Assembly: GCA_963813155.1 (NCBI GenBank)
Contig: CAWEYG010000002.1
Coordinates: forward strand, 320,001-384,000
DNA from: an uncultured Acidobacteriota bacterium
GTDB taxonomy: Bacteria > Acidobacteriota > Thermoanaerobaculia > UBA5066 > DATFVB01
Reading direction: 5' to 3'
DNA: 64,000 nucleotides
Shown: positions 10,221 to 20,630 of the stretch, piece by piece
Layout of the letters: every line of letters starts with the position of its first letter
Numbering within the stretch: the stretch's first letter is position 1
The notes under the pieces: generated by a model
The model's input: only the letters and a program-made list of their open reading frames with translations
The model's database searches: none
Told to the model about the DNA's origin: nothing
Program-made: the position numbers and the translations under genes

Positions 10221-11141
10221 ATGGAGAAGTGGCCCCCGGGCTTCGAATATCGGCGCGTTTTCGAAAGCGCGGCCGTAGGGATCTCCCGCTGGCGCTGCCA
10301 GGGCGCGCCTCCCCGGCTCGGCGCGGAGCGCTCCCAGCCGAGCGCAATGATCGTATTCATGCACAAGGGAAATTTCCGGGTCCATTCCTCCGCCGGGATC
10401 GGGCTCCTCGACTGCACGCGCGTGGGATTCTTCAACCCCCGCGTTCCCTTCCAGTCCGCACACCCGTTTGGCGTGCGCGATTCCGGGTGCGATCTCGCGG
10501 TGCGTCCCGACGTGCTCGCGGAGATCCTCGCGAGGTACGACCCCTCGGCGGCGGATCGGCCGGAGCTCCCGTTCCGCTTCGGGTCCGGACCCTGCGAGCC
10601 CCGGACTTTCCTGCTGCACCGGATCCTCGTTCGCAAGGTCGCGCTCGGAGAGCCGATCGACGACCTGGAGATCGAGGAGATTGCGCTGCATCTCGCCGAC
10701 CGCGTCGCCCGGGCCGCGTTCGAGGATTGGGAAGTGAAGGCGGCGCCGCGCGCGACCGCCCGCGAGCGCGACGAGGCGGAGGAGCTGCGCGGAATCCTCT
10801 CGAGCCAACCGGGCCATCGCCATGCCCTCGACGGCCTCTCCCGCCGCCTCGAGTCGACTCCATTCCGGCTCTGCCGCTCGTTTCGGGCCGCCACCGGTAC
10901 GACGATCCATCGATACCTGACCCATCTGCGGCTCCAGCAAGCGCTCGGACGCCTCGCGGACGGCGCCCCCGACCTCACGAGCCTCGCCTTCGACCTCGGC
11001 TTTTCCAGTCACAGCCACTTCACCTCGGTCTTTCGGAAGCACCTGGGCATGTCTCCCGACGAGGTTCGGCGCGCGTCGAGGGGACGGGACCTCCCCTCCC
11101 TGGGGTCCCGCTTCGCTCCGACAGCCGCCGCGAGAAACTGA
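10221..11141 (+). CDS. AraC-family transcriptional regulator
   Basis: C-terminal double HTH: FRLCRSFRAATGTTIHRYL...LAFDLGFSSHSHFTSVFRKHLGMSP. Confidence 0.9.
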   Translation: MEKWPPGFEYRRVFESAAVGISRWRCQGAPPRLGAERSQPSAMIVFMHKGNFRVHSSAGIGLLDCTRVGFFNPRVPFQSAHPFGVRDSGCDLAVRPDVLAEILARYDPSAADRPELPFRFGSGPCEPRTFLLHRILVRKVALGEPIDDLEIEEIALHLADRVARAAFEDWEVKAAPRATARERDEAEELRGILSSQPGHRHALDGLSRRLESTPFRLCRSFRAATGTTIHRYLTHLRLQQALGRLADGAPDLTSLAFDLGFSSHSHFTSVFRKHLGMSPDEVRRASRGRDLPSLGSRFAPTAAARN

Positions 11142-11150
11142 ACGGCAAAG

Positions 11151-12104
11151 CTATCTCGGTGAACCCTCCAAAGTGCGCTCGAACCGGATTCGCCGATTCT
11201 TCACATCGAGCGTGACCACGAAATCGCGGAGAACCTCATATCCGAGATTGGCGATCGAGGAGTCGGCGCCCGATCGCACATCCGCAAACGACACCTCGGG
11301 CATATCGAGCCTGAACTGACCGAGCTCGATCCGCCCCTTGACCTTCGCATGCAGGATCGGGGACTCGCCCATATAGGTCTTCGCCGTTCCCGCCTCCTTC
11401 GGCTCGGAATCGAGGGGAACCTCCTGGATCAACTTCGAGGGAAGCACCAGGCCATGGCCTGATCCCGTGTCGAGGTGGGCGCGAATCTCTCGGCCGGCCA
11501 CACGGATCGGAACCGTCGGCAGAGGAGAGTCCTCCGGATAATCGAAGACTCTTCGGGAATCGGAGCGCGCGAGCTCTCCCTTCCGAATCCGAATGAGCTT
11601 TCGGGGATAGTCGAAGGTCAGCAGGTAGCCGGGAAAGCTGGAACCCGACAGGACGCCGGGCGGCATGTTCTCGCCCTTCAACGGGCTGCCCGAGGAGGCG
11701 GCCGCCGTCAAACCCCGAATCACGATTTGTCCGATGCGCAGCTCCGCGATGGAGAGAATGGCGTGTGCGGGCCCTCCGGCCGGGGACATCCCCACAATAT
11801 CCGTCGCCTCCGGCAGGGCGAGCGCTTCCTGCAACCGAGAGTCGATCACGGTCAGCGTGGCGCCCGTGTCGACGATGAAACGAAACGGCCCCTTTCCGTT
11901 GATTTGGACGCTCACGACGGGTCTCCCGCCGAAATCGTCCATGGGGAGAGAGATTCCCTCCGCGGGCACCTCGATGCTTTTCGGGGCCGGAACCGGGCCC
12001 GGGTGGTGCTGGGCATCGCCGCGCCTGGCTTGAGCCAGGAATCCGACGACCGCCACGACAACGATCGAGACCGAAACTCGTTTGACTCCGAGACTCGTCT
12101 TCAT
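11151..12104 (-). CDS. Secreted retropepsin-like aspartyl protease with two domains
   Basis: FIVDTGA and HLDTGS catalytic motifs; signal peptide. Confidence 0.85.
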   Translation of the reverse strand: MKTSLGVKRVSVSIVVVAVVGFLAQARRGDAQHHPGPVPAPKSIEVPAEGISLPMDDFGGRPVVSVQINGKGPFRFIVDTGATLTVIDSRLQEALALPEATDIVGMSPAGGPAHAILSIAELRIGQIVIRGLTAAASSGSPLKGENMPPGVLSGSSFPGYLLTFDYPRKLIRIRKGELARSDSRRVFDYPEDSPLPTVPIRVAGREIRAHLDTGSGHGLVLPSKLIQEVPLDSEPKEAGTAKTYMGESPILHAKVKGRIELGQFRLDMPEVSFADVRSGADSSIANLGYEVLRDFVVTLDVKNRRIRFERTLEGSPR

Positions 12105-12155
12105 CGACAGGACCCTCCTTCACTCCCATCGAAGATAGGAGGACGGTTCGAATGC

Positions 12156-12174
12156 CGCTATCAAGTCCCTGCAA
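12156..12174 (-). promoter_or_regulatory. Repeated operator motif, copy before the aspartyl protease
   Basis: TTGCAGGGACTTGATAGCG on the - strand; TATCTT -10-like hexamer 21 nt after TTGATA. Confidence 0.5.
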
Positions 12175-12181
12175 CCCGCCG

Positions 12182-12200
12182 CTGCAAGAAGGTGACAGCG
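12182..12200 (+). promoter_or_regulatory. Repeated operator motif, copy before the PQQ propeller gene
   Basis: CTGCAAGAAGGTGACAGCG. Confidence 0.65.
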
Positions 12201-12247
12201 CGCCCCCGCGCGCCGAGAGTACAAAAGCGGCCGTAAGGAGACTACCG

Positions 12248-13780
12248 ATGAGAAAACTCCTCGCTTTCGTTGTCGTTCTCTTCTGTACTTGGCCCCTCGC
12301 GCACGCGGCGCCCGCATCGCCCGATCCGATCGAAGGAAAGTGGTACGGCGAGGCGGGATTTCCCACGGATCGGATCGCCGTCGGGTTCGAATTCAAACGC
12401 AATGAGAAGGGCGAGCTGAAGGCCTTCCTCTACGAGCCGGTCAATAATTTCTATGGCCTCGAGCTTCCGGGAGTCGTCGACCGGAAGGACGACTCCTACA
12501 CGATCAGCTCCTACGACACGACCCTCACGCTCCACGGCGATGCGCTCGAGGGAACCTATCTCCCGTCGAAGGCCCCCGCGACGCTCCACCGCACCAGGAT
12601 CCTGCCGTCGGATGCGCCGGTGCCGGCCCTCCCGCCGGGACCCGGCCCGAAATGGCGGGCAAAACTCGGGGCGGGAGAGATCTTCGCGCCCGCCGCTGTT
12701 CGCGACGGGATCGCGTACGTCGGCTCCACCAATGGGACTTTCAACGCGATCCGCGAGAGCGACGGCACCTTTGTCTGGATTTTCGCGGCGGGCCGACCGA
12801 TATTCGGGGGAGCCCTGGCGACCGAAGGCCACGTCTTCTTCGTGTGCGACAACGGGTATCTGTTCAAGCTCGACAAGAAGACCGGAAAGGAGTTGTGGCG
12901 GTACGACCTCGGCGACGAGCGCTCGCCCCGAATCCTCTCGCATCAGGTCATCGACACCGTCGAGCCGCGGATCGGCGAATTCGACTGGGAAAACTCTTCG
13001 CCGACGCCGCGGCTCGCCGACGGCGTCCTGTACGTCGGCTCGGGCGACGGAAGCTTCCACGCGGTGGACGCCGAGACCGGGAAACGCGTGTGGCGCTTCG
13101 AGGCGCCCGAGAACGGAAAGCCGCCGGAGTCGCTGCCGTGGGACCCCGAGGGTTCGAACAAGATTCGGACGGACGCGCTCCTCGACGGTCCGCGCGTCGT
13201 CTTCGGAAGCTTCGGCCACAAGCTCCGGGCGCTCGATCGGAAGACCGGCGCGGAGATCTGGCAGAAGGACCTGCGCGCCGAGATCTCGAGCTCCCCGGCG
13301 CTCGTCGACGGCAAGATCGTCGTCGGCAGCCGGGGCGGCGTCCTCTACGCTTTCGAGCCCGAGACGGGGAAGAAGATCTGGGGCATGCTCTTCTGGGGCT
13401 CGGCGATCGAGTCGACGGCAGTGAGCGCCGGGGGAAGCCTGTTCGCGATCGGCGCGTCCGACCTGCGGCGGGTCAGCCTCATCGACGCCAAGGACACCCG
13501 CGTTCTCTGGCGGACCGACGTCTTCGGCCTGCCCTGGCCGCGCCCCGCCGTCTCGGGCGGACGCGTCTTCGCGAGCGCCGTCGGCTACGCGCCGTACCAG
13601 ATGCGGCATCTGGGAAGCTTTACCGCGCTCGATGCCGGGACCGGCCGGATCCTGTGGCGGTGGCCCGCGCCCGTCACCGACGCCCTGGTCAACGGATTCG
13701 GGGCCCCGCCTGTCGTGGACGGCGATCTCGTGATCGTCGGCGGAATGGACGGAACCCTCTACGCATTTCCCGCGGCGTGA
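12248..13780 (+). CDS. Secreted PQQ-like (BamB-type) beta-propeller protein
   Basis: Signal peptide; repeated ALDxxTGxxxW motifs; AAGGAG RBS. Confidence 0.85.
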   Translation: MRKLLAFVVVLFCTWPLAHAAPASPDPIEGKWYGEAGFPTDRIAVGFEFKRNEKGELKAFLYEPVNNFYGLELPGVVDRKDDSYTISSYDTTLTLHGDALEGTYLPSKAPATLHRTRILPSDAPVPALPPGPGPKWRAKLGAGEIFAPAAVRDGIAYVGSTNGTFNAIRESDGTFVWIFAAGRPIFGGALATEGHVFFVCDNGYLFKLDKKTGKELWRYDLGDERSPRILSHQVIDTVEPRIGEFDWENSSPTPRLADGVLYVGSGDGSFHAVDAETGKRVWRFEAPENGKPPESLPWDPEGSNKIRTDALLDGPRVVFGSFGHKLRALDRKTGAEIWQKDLRAEISSSPALVDGKIVVGSRGGVLYAFEPETGKKIWGMLFWGSAIESTAVSAGGSLFAIGASDLRRVSLIDAKDTRVLWRTDVFGLPWPRPAVSGGRVFASAVGYAPYQMRHLGSFTALDAGTGRILWRWPAPVTDALVNGFGAPPVVDGDLVIVGGMDGTLYAFPAA

Positions 13781-13884
13781 ATCGCACAGAGCGTTGCCGA
13801 TCGGCGAGTGGAGCGATGTCGAAACCGCGTTCGAAATGTTCTAGACCGGCGGCGCGCGGGCGCCGACACTTCGCCCGTGACCGC

Positions 13885-16143
13885 GTGAAAGGATTCTTCG
13901 GGCTCGGGCTCCTGGCTGTGGCGGCGTCGCTCGGCGCTCAGACCACCCCGCCGGCGGACGAACCGCCGATCGCGATCCACCGCGCTCCCGGTCCCATCAC
14001 GATCGACGGCGATCTCTCCGACCCGGGCTGGAAAGACGCGGCGCGCGTCGACACGTTCTGGGAGACACGGCCGGGCGACCAGATCGCGCCGAAGGTCCGG
14101 ACCGTCGGATACCTGACCTTCGACGACCGCGCGCTCTATGTCGCGATCGAATGCGAGGATCCGGAGCCGACAAAAATTCGCGCGCCCTACGTCGACCGCG
14201 ACAACATTTCCGACGACACCGATTACGCGGGAATCCTCCTCGACACCCGGCACGACCGCCGCACGGCAATCGAGTTCTACGCGAACCCGCGGGGCGTCCA
14301 GTACGACGCGCTCACCGACGATTCCTCCGGAACCGAAGACCCGTCGATCGACCTCTTCTGGGATTCCGCCGGCCGCATCAACGACCACGGCTGGACTCTG
14401 GAGATCCGCATTCCCTTTTCGACTCTTCGCTACGACCGAAGCCAGAATCCGGTCTGGGGAATCCAGTTCTACCGGAATTTGACGCGCGAGACGCACTACC
14501 AGTATTTTTCCAACCGCCTTCCCCGCAGTTCGAACTGTTTCATTTGCCACGAGCGCGATCTCGTTGGCCTCGAAGGGCTCCCGTCGGCGGACCACCTCGT
14601 CGTGGCCCCTTACGTTACCGCTACAGAGGAAGGGCGACGCGTGGACGGCAATGACGTCTCCTCCCGGTTCGTCAATCACCCCGTGCGTGGAAACGCGGGC
14701 CTCGACGTCAAGTGGCTCCCCAACGCCAACACCGCGATTGATGGAACGCTCAATCCCGATTTTTCCCAGGTGGAATCGGACGTCGCGCAAATCTCGGTGA
14801 ACAACCGGTTCGCCCTCTTCTATCCGGAGAAGCGGCCCTTCTTCCTCGAAGGCCTCGACCTCTTCTCGACGCCCATTCAAGCCGTCTACACCCGCACGAT
14901 CACGTCGCCGCGCTGGGGGCTCCGGGGAACGGGGAAAATCGACTCGACGAACTACACCCTTCTCGTCACCGAGGACCGCGGCGGCGGTAGCGTGGTCGTC
15001 CCGGGATCACAATCCTCGACGTTCGTCGATCAGGATTTTTCCTCGATCGCGGCGATCGGGCGCGTCCGGCAGGACTTCGGTCGATCGTACGTGAGCTTCC
15101 TCGCGACGGACCGCGAGGTCGAGGGAACCGGCTACAACCGCGTCTTCGGCCCCGATTTCCTGTGGGCGCCCAATGACGGGGATCGGGTGAAGGGCCAATT
15201 CCTCTACTCCCTCTCGCAGACCCCGAACCACCCCGAGCTCTTTTCCGGCTGGACGGGAGAGCACGTGAACGGGCATGCAGCGTACGCGAGTTGGGACCAC
15301 TCGAAACAAAGTTACGAGTGGTGGGTCGACTTCCGCGACCTCTCCGACGGCTTCCGCGCCGACAACGGCTTCGTGCCGCAGGTCGGCTACCGGGAGATCA
15401 GTCCGGGAGCGTTATTGAGATTCAACCCTGCGGCCGGATTCTTCACGCGCCTGACGCCGCTTCTCCTCGAAGACTACACGGCCGACACTTCGGGCAAGAC
15501 CCTGCGTCAGAGGATCTCTCCTGGCATCAACTTCGAGGGGCACCAGAGCCTCCAAGGGGAGATCGACTACCTGTTTTCGACGGAACGGGTCGGCAGCAAG
15601 CTGATCAAGAAGGATTTCGCCTCGATCTCCGTTCAACTCGCTCCGTCCCGCGTGTTCGGACAGGTTTCCGTAATCGGGGAATTGGGCGACCAGATCGACT
15701 ACGCCAACGCGAGGCCGGGCACCGGCGGAAATCTGACCCTCTCCGCCCGATTTCAGCCGCTGGATCACCTGGAACTGCGGTTGAACGAAGCTGTATCGTG
15801 GTTGAACGTCGACGACGAAAACGGGAGCCGGCGGCGGCTTTTCACGGCGGCGGTCCACCGCCTGAAAGCGACTTACAACTTCACGAACCGGACGTTTGTC
15901 CGGGCAATCCTTCAGTACGTGACGGAGGATCGCAACCCGGCTCTTTACACCGAACCGCCGGCGACCCGAAAGGACACCGCCTTCTCGCGCTCACTGCTCT
16001 TCGCCTACAAGCTCAACTGGCAGAGCGTTCTGTTCCTCGGCTACGGAGACAACCAGGCTTTGGACGAACACTACGATCTCACGAGGCGTGACCGGCAGCT
16101 TTTTCTCAAGATCTCGTACGCGTTCCAGGGACTGCGAGGATAA
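13885..16143 (+). CDS. CBM9-like plus DUF5916 outer-membrane protein (start uncertain, 13816 or 13885)
   Basis: ITIDGDLSDPGW, NPRGVQYD, TLNPDFSQVESD, EKRPFFLEG, C-terminal LFLKISYAF. Confidence 0.8.
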   Translation: MKGFFGLGLLAVAASLGAQTTPPADEPPIAIHRAPGPITIDGDLSDPGWKDAARVDTFWETRPGDQIAPKVRTVGYLTFDDRALYVAIECEDPEPTKIRAPYVDRDNISDDTDYAGILLDTRHDRRTAIEFYANPRGVQYDALTDDSSGTEDPSIDLFWDSAGRINDHGWTLEIRIPFSTLRYDRSQNPVWGIQFYRNLTRETHYQYFSNRLPRSSNCFICHERDLVGLEGLPSADHLVVAPYVTATEEGRRVDGNDVSSRFVNHPVRGNAGLDVKWLPNANTAIDGTLNPDFSQVESDVAQISVNNRFALFYPEKRPFFLEGLDLFSTPIQAVYTRTITSPRWGLRGTGKIDSTNYTLLVTEDRGGGSVVVPGSQSSTFVDQDFSSIAAIGRVRQDFGRSYVSFLATDREVEGTGYNRVFGPDFLWAPNDGDRVKGQFLYSLSQTPNHPELFSGWTGEHVNGHAAYASWDHSKQSYEWWVDFRDLSDGFRADNGFVPQVGYREISPGALLRFNPAAGFFTRLTPLLLEDYTADTSGKTLRQRISPGINFEGHQSLQGEIDYLFSTERVGSKLIKKDFASISVQLAPSRVFGQVSVIGELGDQIDYANARPGTGGNLTLSARFQPLDHLELRLNEAVSWLNVDDENGSRRRLFTAAVHRLKATYNFTNRTFVRAILQYVTEDRNPALYTEPPATRKDTAFSRSLLFAYKLNWQSVLFLGYGDNQALDEHYDLTRRDRQLFLKISYAFQGLRG

Positions 16144-16163
16144 GGAGGAAGCCGGGGTTCTCC

Positions 16164-16207
16164 CTGCAAGAAACTGACAGCGGCCGTCTCGGCCGGCCCC
16201 CGATAAT
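16164..16207 (+). promoter_or_regulatory. Operator motif plus -10 box (leaderless promoter) of the M3 peptidase
   Basis: CTGCAAGAAACTGACAGCG ... GATAAT, then 6 nt to the ATG at 16214. Confidence 0.7.
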
Positions 16208-16213
16208 CCGGCC

Positions 16214-18391
16214 ATGAACATTCATTCGAGCCGAAGTCTCTCGCGGATTCTTGCCGTCCTTTCGCTGGCCGGCGCCAGTTCACTGTTCGCCACCCCGGCG
16301 CAGGACAATCCAGCCCGCGAGAATCCCTTCTTCCAGCCGAGCCCGTTGCAGTACCAGGCGCCCGAGTTCGACAAGATCCAGGACGCCGACTACGCGCCCG
16401 CGATCGAGGAAGGGATGAAGCGACAGCTCGCCGAGATCGATGCGATCGCAAACGACCCGGCGCCCGCGACGTTCGAGAACACTCTCGTCGCGATGGAGAA
16501 GTCGGGCCAGCTCCTGGACCGCGTCTCGAAGGTCTTTTTCAACCTGGCGCAGTCGAACACCGACGAAGCGATGCAGAAAATCCGCGCAGACGAAGCGCCG
16601 AAGCTTGCCGCCCACCAGGACTCGATCTACTTGAACCCGAAGCTCTGGGCGCGCGTGAAGTCCCTATGGGACCGCCGTGCGGATCTCGGACTCGACGCCG
16701 AGAGCCGCTACCTGCTCGAGCGGTACCGCAAGAACTTCCTGCGCGCGGGGGCCGAGCTTCCCGCCGACTCGCAGGCGAAGCTTCGCGCGCTGAACGAGGA
16801 GGAAGCGAAGCTCAAGGCCCGTTTCGCGGAGCTCCTGCTTTCCGGGACCAACGCCGCGAGCGTCGTGATTTCCGACCGCCGCGAGCTCGCCGGCCTGACC
16901 GACGCCGAGATCGCCGCCGCGGCGGCGCGCGCCCGGGAGAAGAAGCTCGACGGGAAATGGATGCTCGACCTGCAGAACACGACTCAGCAGCCCGTGCTCG
17001 CGTCCCTGACGAACCGGGCGCTCCGGCAACGGATCCTCCGAGCCTCCGAGCACCGCTCCGACGACGGCGGACCCAACGACACGCGGGCGACGGCTGCGCG
17101 CCTCGCGCAGCTCCGAGCAGCGCGGGCGAAGCTCCTCGGGTTCGCGACGCACGCCGACTACGTCCTCGACGACCAGATGGCCAAGACGCCGGACCACGCC
17201 AGAAAGCTCCTGACCGATATGGTCCCCGCGGCCACCGCGAGAGCCCGGCGCGAGGCGGCCCGGCTCCAGAAGATGATCGGCGCCGGGAAGGGCGGCTTCA
17301 AGCTGGAGGCCGCCGATTGGGAGCTCTACGCCGGCCGCGTTCAGCGCGCCGACTACCAGATCGACGAAAAGGTTTTGAAGCCTTACTTTTCCCTCGACCG
17401 CGTCCTCCAGGACGGCGTCTTCTACGCAGCCAACCGACTCTACGGACTGACATTCCGAGAGCGCAAGGACCTGCCGTTGTACCACCCGGACGTTCGGGTC
17501 TTCGAGGTGTTCGACGCCGACGGCAAGTCGCTCGCGCTCTACTACGGCGACTACTTCCAGCGTCCGAACAAAGGCGGCGGGGCATGGAACGCCGCGTTCG
17601 TCGACCAGAGCTCGCTCTTCGGGACGCATCCGGTCGTCGTCAACGTTCTGAACTTCCCGAAACCGGCGGAAGGAACCCCGGGGCTCCTGGCGTTCGACAA
17701 CGTGACGGTCCTCTTCCACGAGTTCGGCCACGCCCTGCACGCGATGTTTTCGGACATCCGGTACCCCACGCTCTCCTCGACGCCCAACGACTGGGGCGAG
17801 ATGCCGTCGCAGTTCAACGAGCACTGGGCCCTCGACCCGGACGTCCTCGCGCACTACGCCCGGCACGTCGAGACCGGCGCGCCGCTCCCGAACGCGCTCG
17901 CCGAGAAAATCCGCCGTGCGAAGACGTTCAATCAGGGCTACATGACGACGGAGTACCTCGCCGCGGCGCTCCTCGACCTCGCCTGGCACACGCTTCCGGC
18001 GGACGCCCCTCTCCAGAATGTGGACTCCTTCGAGAAATCGGCTCTCTCGCGATTCCACCTCGATTTGCCGGAAGTCCCGCCGCGGTACCGCACGAGCTAT
18101 TTCTCCCACATCTGGGACGCAGAGTACTCGGCGGACTACTACGCGTACCTCTGGAGCGAGGTGATCGACGACGACGCATTCGCGTGGTTCAAAGAGCACG
18201 GCGGACTGACTCGAGAGAACGGCAAGCGCTTCCGGGACATGTTGCTCTCCCGGGAAGGCACGGCCGACGTCGCCGACCTCTACCGCGCCTTCCGGGGGCG
18301 CGATCCCGTCGTCCAGCCTCTCCTCGAAGAGCGCGGCCTCGTCGGAGAGGCTCCCGCGCGCGTTTCGAAGCCACCAGGGATCAAGCGTTGA
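16214..18391 (+). CDS. dcp: M3 family metallopeptidase (peptidyl-dipeptidase Dcp-like), secreted
   Basis: FHEFGHALH zinc motif, KGGGAW, EMPSQFNE, PPRYRTSYFSHI. Confidence 0.9.
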   Translation: MNIHSSRSLSRILAVLSLAGASSLFATPAQDNPARENPFFQPSPLQYQAPEFDKIQDADYAPAIEEGMKRQLAEIDAIANDPAPATFENTLVAMEKSGQLLDRVSKVFFNLAQSNTDEAMQKIRADEAPKLAAHQDSIYLNPKLWARVKSLWDRRADLGLDAESRYLLERYRKNFLRAGAELPADSQAKLRALNEEEAKLKARFAELLLSGTNAASVVISDRRELAGLTDAEIAAAAARAREKKLDGKWMLDLQNTTQQPVLASLTNRALRQRILRASEHRSDDGGPNDTRATAARLAQLRAARAKLLGFATHADYVLDDQMAKTPDHARKLLTDMVPAATARARREAARLQKMIGAGKGGFKLEAADWELYAGRVQRADYQIDEKVLKPYFSLDRVLQDGVFYAANRLYGLTFRERKDLPLYHPDVRVFEVFDADGKSLALYYGDYFQRPNKGGGAWNAAFVDQSSLFGTHPVVVNVLNFPKPAEGTPGLLAFDNVTVLFHEFGHALHAMFSDIRYPTLSSTPNDWGEMPSQFNEHWALDPDVLAHYARHVETGAPLPNALAEKIRRAKTFNQGYMTTEYLAAALLDLAWHTLPADAPLQNVDSFEKSALSRFHLDLPEVPPRYRTSYFSHIWDAEYSADYYAYLWSEVIDDDAFAWFKEHGGLTRENGKRFRDMLLSREGTADVADLYRAFRGRDPVVQPLLEERGLVGEAPARVSKPPGIKR

Positions 18392-18424
18392 ACACCCGAT
18401 TCGTTTCCGGCGCGATGTTCACCC

Positions 18425-18467
18425 CTGCAAGAACCTGACAGCGCGGTCTCGCGCGACCCCGAATAAT
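18425..18467 (+). promoter_or_regulatory. Operator motif plus -10 box (leaderless promoter) of the S9 peptidase
   Basis: CTGCAAGAACCTGACAGCG ... AATAAT, then 6 nt to the ATG at 18474. Confidence 0.7.
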
Positions 18468-18473
18468 CGCGCC

Positions 18474-20594
18474 ATGAAAATCAAGCCGACGACCTTTCTG
18501 ACGATCTGCCTGCTCGCTCTCGCGCCGTTCGCGCCCGGTGCCTCGAACCGGCGCCCGATCACGGAGTCCGACCTCCTCAAGCTCCGCTGGATCGCCGACC
18601 CGCAGATTTCCCCGGACGGGCGGCAGGTCGCGTACGTTCTCGTGACCGTGAACGAAAAAGACGACGGGTACGACACGTCCCTCTGGACGGTCGCCGCGGC
18701 GGAGGGAGCCGTCCCCCGACCCCTGACTTCCGGCCCGCGGGATTCCGCTCCGCGCTGGTCGCCCGATTCCGGAACGCTAGCGTTTCTTCGCACCGCGGAA
18801 AAGGCGCCGCCGCAGATCTATCTCCTTTCGATGTCCGGCGGCGAGGCGCGCAAACTCACCGACATCCCGAAGGGCGCGTCGGCGCCCGCCTGGTCCCCGG
18901 ATGGGAAGGCGATCGCGTTCACCAGCTCGACGACGGCCGATGACGTCGCCGAGAAAAAATCCCCCCCGGAGCCGGGAAAGAAGAAGAAAAGCGACGTGCA
19001 CGTCGTCACGCAGGCGTTTTACCGGTTGAACGGACTCGGCATTTTCGATCCCTCCGACCACGACCACATCTGGACGGTCGCCGTCGAGACGGGCGGCGAG
19101 CGCCCCGCCGCGGCGAAACCGATCACCTCGGGAAAGTACGACGAAGGCCCCCCCGTGTGGAGCCCGGACGGCGCGAAGATCTACTTCGTCTCCGACCGGG
19201 TGGACGAGTCGTACTACAAGCCCGCCGACGGCAACGTGTACGCCGTCCCCGCGGGCGGGGGCAAAATGGAAACCGTCGTCGACATCGACGGCCCGATCTC
19301 CGACGTGTTCCCCTCTCCGGATGGCCGCCGATGCGCCTTCCACGGCTGGATCAATCCGCCGGCGGCCCGCTCTTACGACAAGGTCGACCTCTTCGTCGCC
19401 GAAAACGGAAAGGCCCGGAACGTGACCGCCGACTTCGACGGCGATTTCACGAACTTCATCGGGTACGACACGCATCCCCCGCGGGGCGGCGGAGACGCGG
19501 AGGCGATCGTGTGGGCCGCGGACGGGTCCTCGTTTCTGGCCGTCGCCACCGAACGGGGAGCCTCGAATCTCGTTCGCATCGACGCGGCGACGGGAAAGCG
19601 CGAAAAGCTGACGACCGGCGAGCACGAGATCGTCGCGTTCAGCGCCACGCCCGACGCCTCCCGGATCGCCCTGACGATCGACGACGGGGCCCACCCGGGC
19701 GAGCTGCACGTCCTCGACATGGCGACCCGGCGACTCGTGCGGCTCACCCGCGAGAACGACCCTCTTCTCGAGACGCTCGACATCTCGATCCCGGAAAAGA
19801 TCGTCTACCCGAGTTTCGACGGCGCGAAAATCGAAGCGTGGGTCGTGAAACCGCCGTCTTTCGATCCGAAGAAGAAGTATCCGCTCATCCTGAACATCCA
19901 CGGCGGCCCGCACATCGAGTACGGCGAAACCTTCTTCCACGAACTTCAGTGGATGGCGGCGAAAGGCTACGTCGTCCTCGCGCCGAACCCGCGGGGCAGC
20001 GCGTCGTACGGCCAGGAGTTCGGAAATTCGGTTCAGTACAAATTTCCGGGCGACGACTACAAGGACCTGATGGCGGGTGTCGACGAGCTCGTGCGCCGCG
20101 GATACATCGACGAAAAGAAGCTCGGGATCACCGGCGGAAGCGGAGGCGGTATCCTGACGAGCTGGGCGATTACGCAGACAAACCGTTTCGCCGCGGCGGT
20201 TTCGCAGCGGTCGATCGGCGATTGGGCTGGCTACTGGTACAGCCTGGATGTTCCGATCTTCAACAAATCGTGGTTTCGGAAGTATCCCTTCGAGGACCCG
20301 GAAGAATACAGCCGGCGTTCTCCCGTGACGTACGTCGAAAAAATCACCACGCCGCTCCTTCTGATCGAGGGCGAAAACGACCTGCGCGCACCGACCAATT
20401 CGGGCGGCGGTGCGATGTTCCGCGCGCTGAAGGCTCTGCACAAGACCACCGCGATGGTGATCTTTCCCGGCGAGACCCACGAGCTCTCGCGCTCGGGAAA
20501 GCCTTCCCACCGCGTCGAGCGCCTGCGGCACATGCTGAACTGGTTCGACAAGTATCTTCAGGGCAAGCCGGTCACGGATTACGACGTTCCCTGA
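18474..20594 (+). CDS. S9 family peptidase (acylaminoacyl/dipeptidyl peptidase-like), secreted
   Basis: PD40 repeats (WSPDG), IHGGPH, GGSGGG nucleophile, ENDLR, ETHEL. Confidence 0.9.
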   Translation: MKIKPTTFLTICLLALAPFAPGASNRRPITESDLLKLRWIADPQISPDGRQVAYVLVTVNEKDDGYDTSLWTVAAAEGAVPRPLTSGPRDSAPRWSPDSGTLAFLRTAEKAPPQIYLLSMSGGEARKLTDIPKGASAPAWSPDGKAIAFTSSTTADDVAEKKSPPEPGKKKKSDVHVVTQAFYRLNGLGIFDPSDHDHIWTVAVETGGERPAAAKPITSGKYDEGPPVWSPDGAKIYFVSDRVDESYYKPADGNVYAVPAGGGKMETVVDIDGPISDVFPSPDGRRCAFHGWINPPAARSYDKVDLFVAENGKARNVTADFDGDFTNFIGYDTHPPRGGGDAEAIVWAADGSSFLAVATERGASNLVRIDAATGKREKLTTGEHEIVAFSATPDASRIALTIDDGAHPGELHVLDMATRRLVRLTRENDPLLETLDISIPEKIVYPSFDGAKIEAWVVKPPSFDPKKKYPLILNIHGGPHIEYGETFFHELQWMAAKGYVVLAPNPRGSASYGQEFGNSVQYKFPGDDYKDLMAGVDELVRRGYIDEKKLGITGGSGGGILTSWAITQTNRFAAAVSQRSIGDWAGYWYSLDVPIFNKSWFRKYPFEDPEEYSRRSPVTYVEKITTPLLLIEGENDLRAPTNSGGGAMFRALKALHKTTAMVIFPGETHELSRSGKPSHRVERLRHMLNWFDKYLQGKPVTDYDVP

Positions 20595-20630
20595 GCGGCG
20601 CGTAAATCCTTCACTCGCAGGGGGGACGGC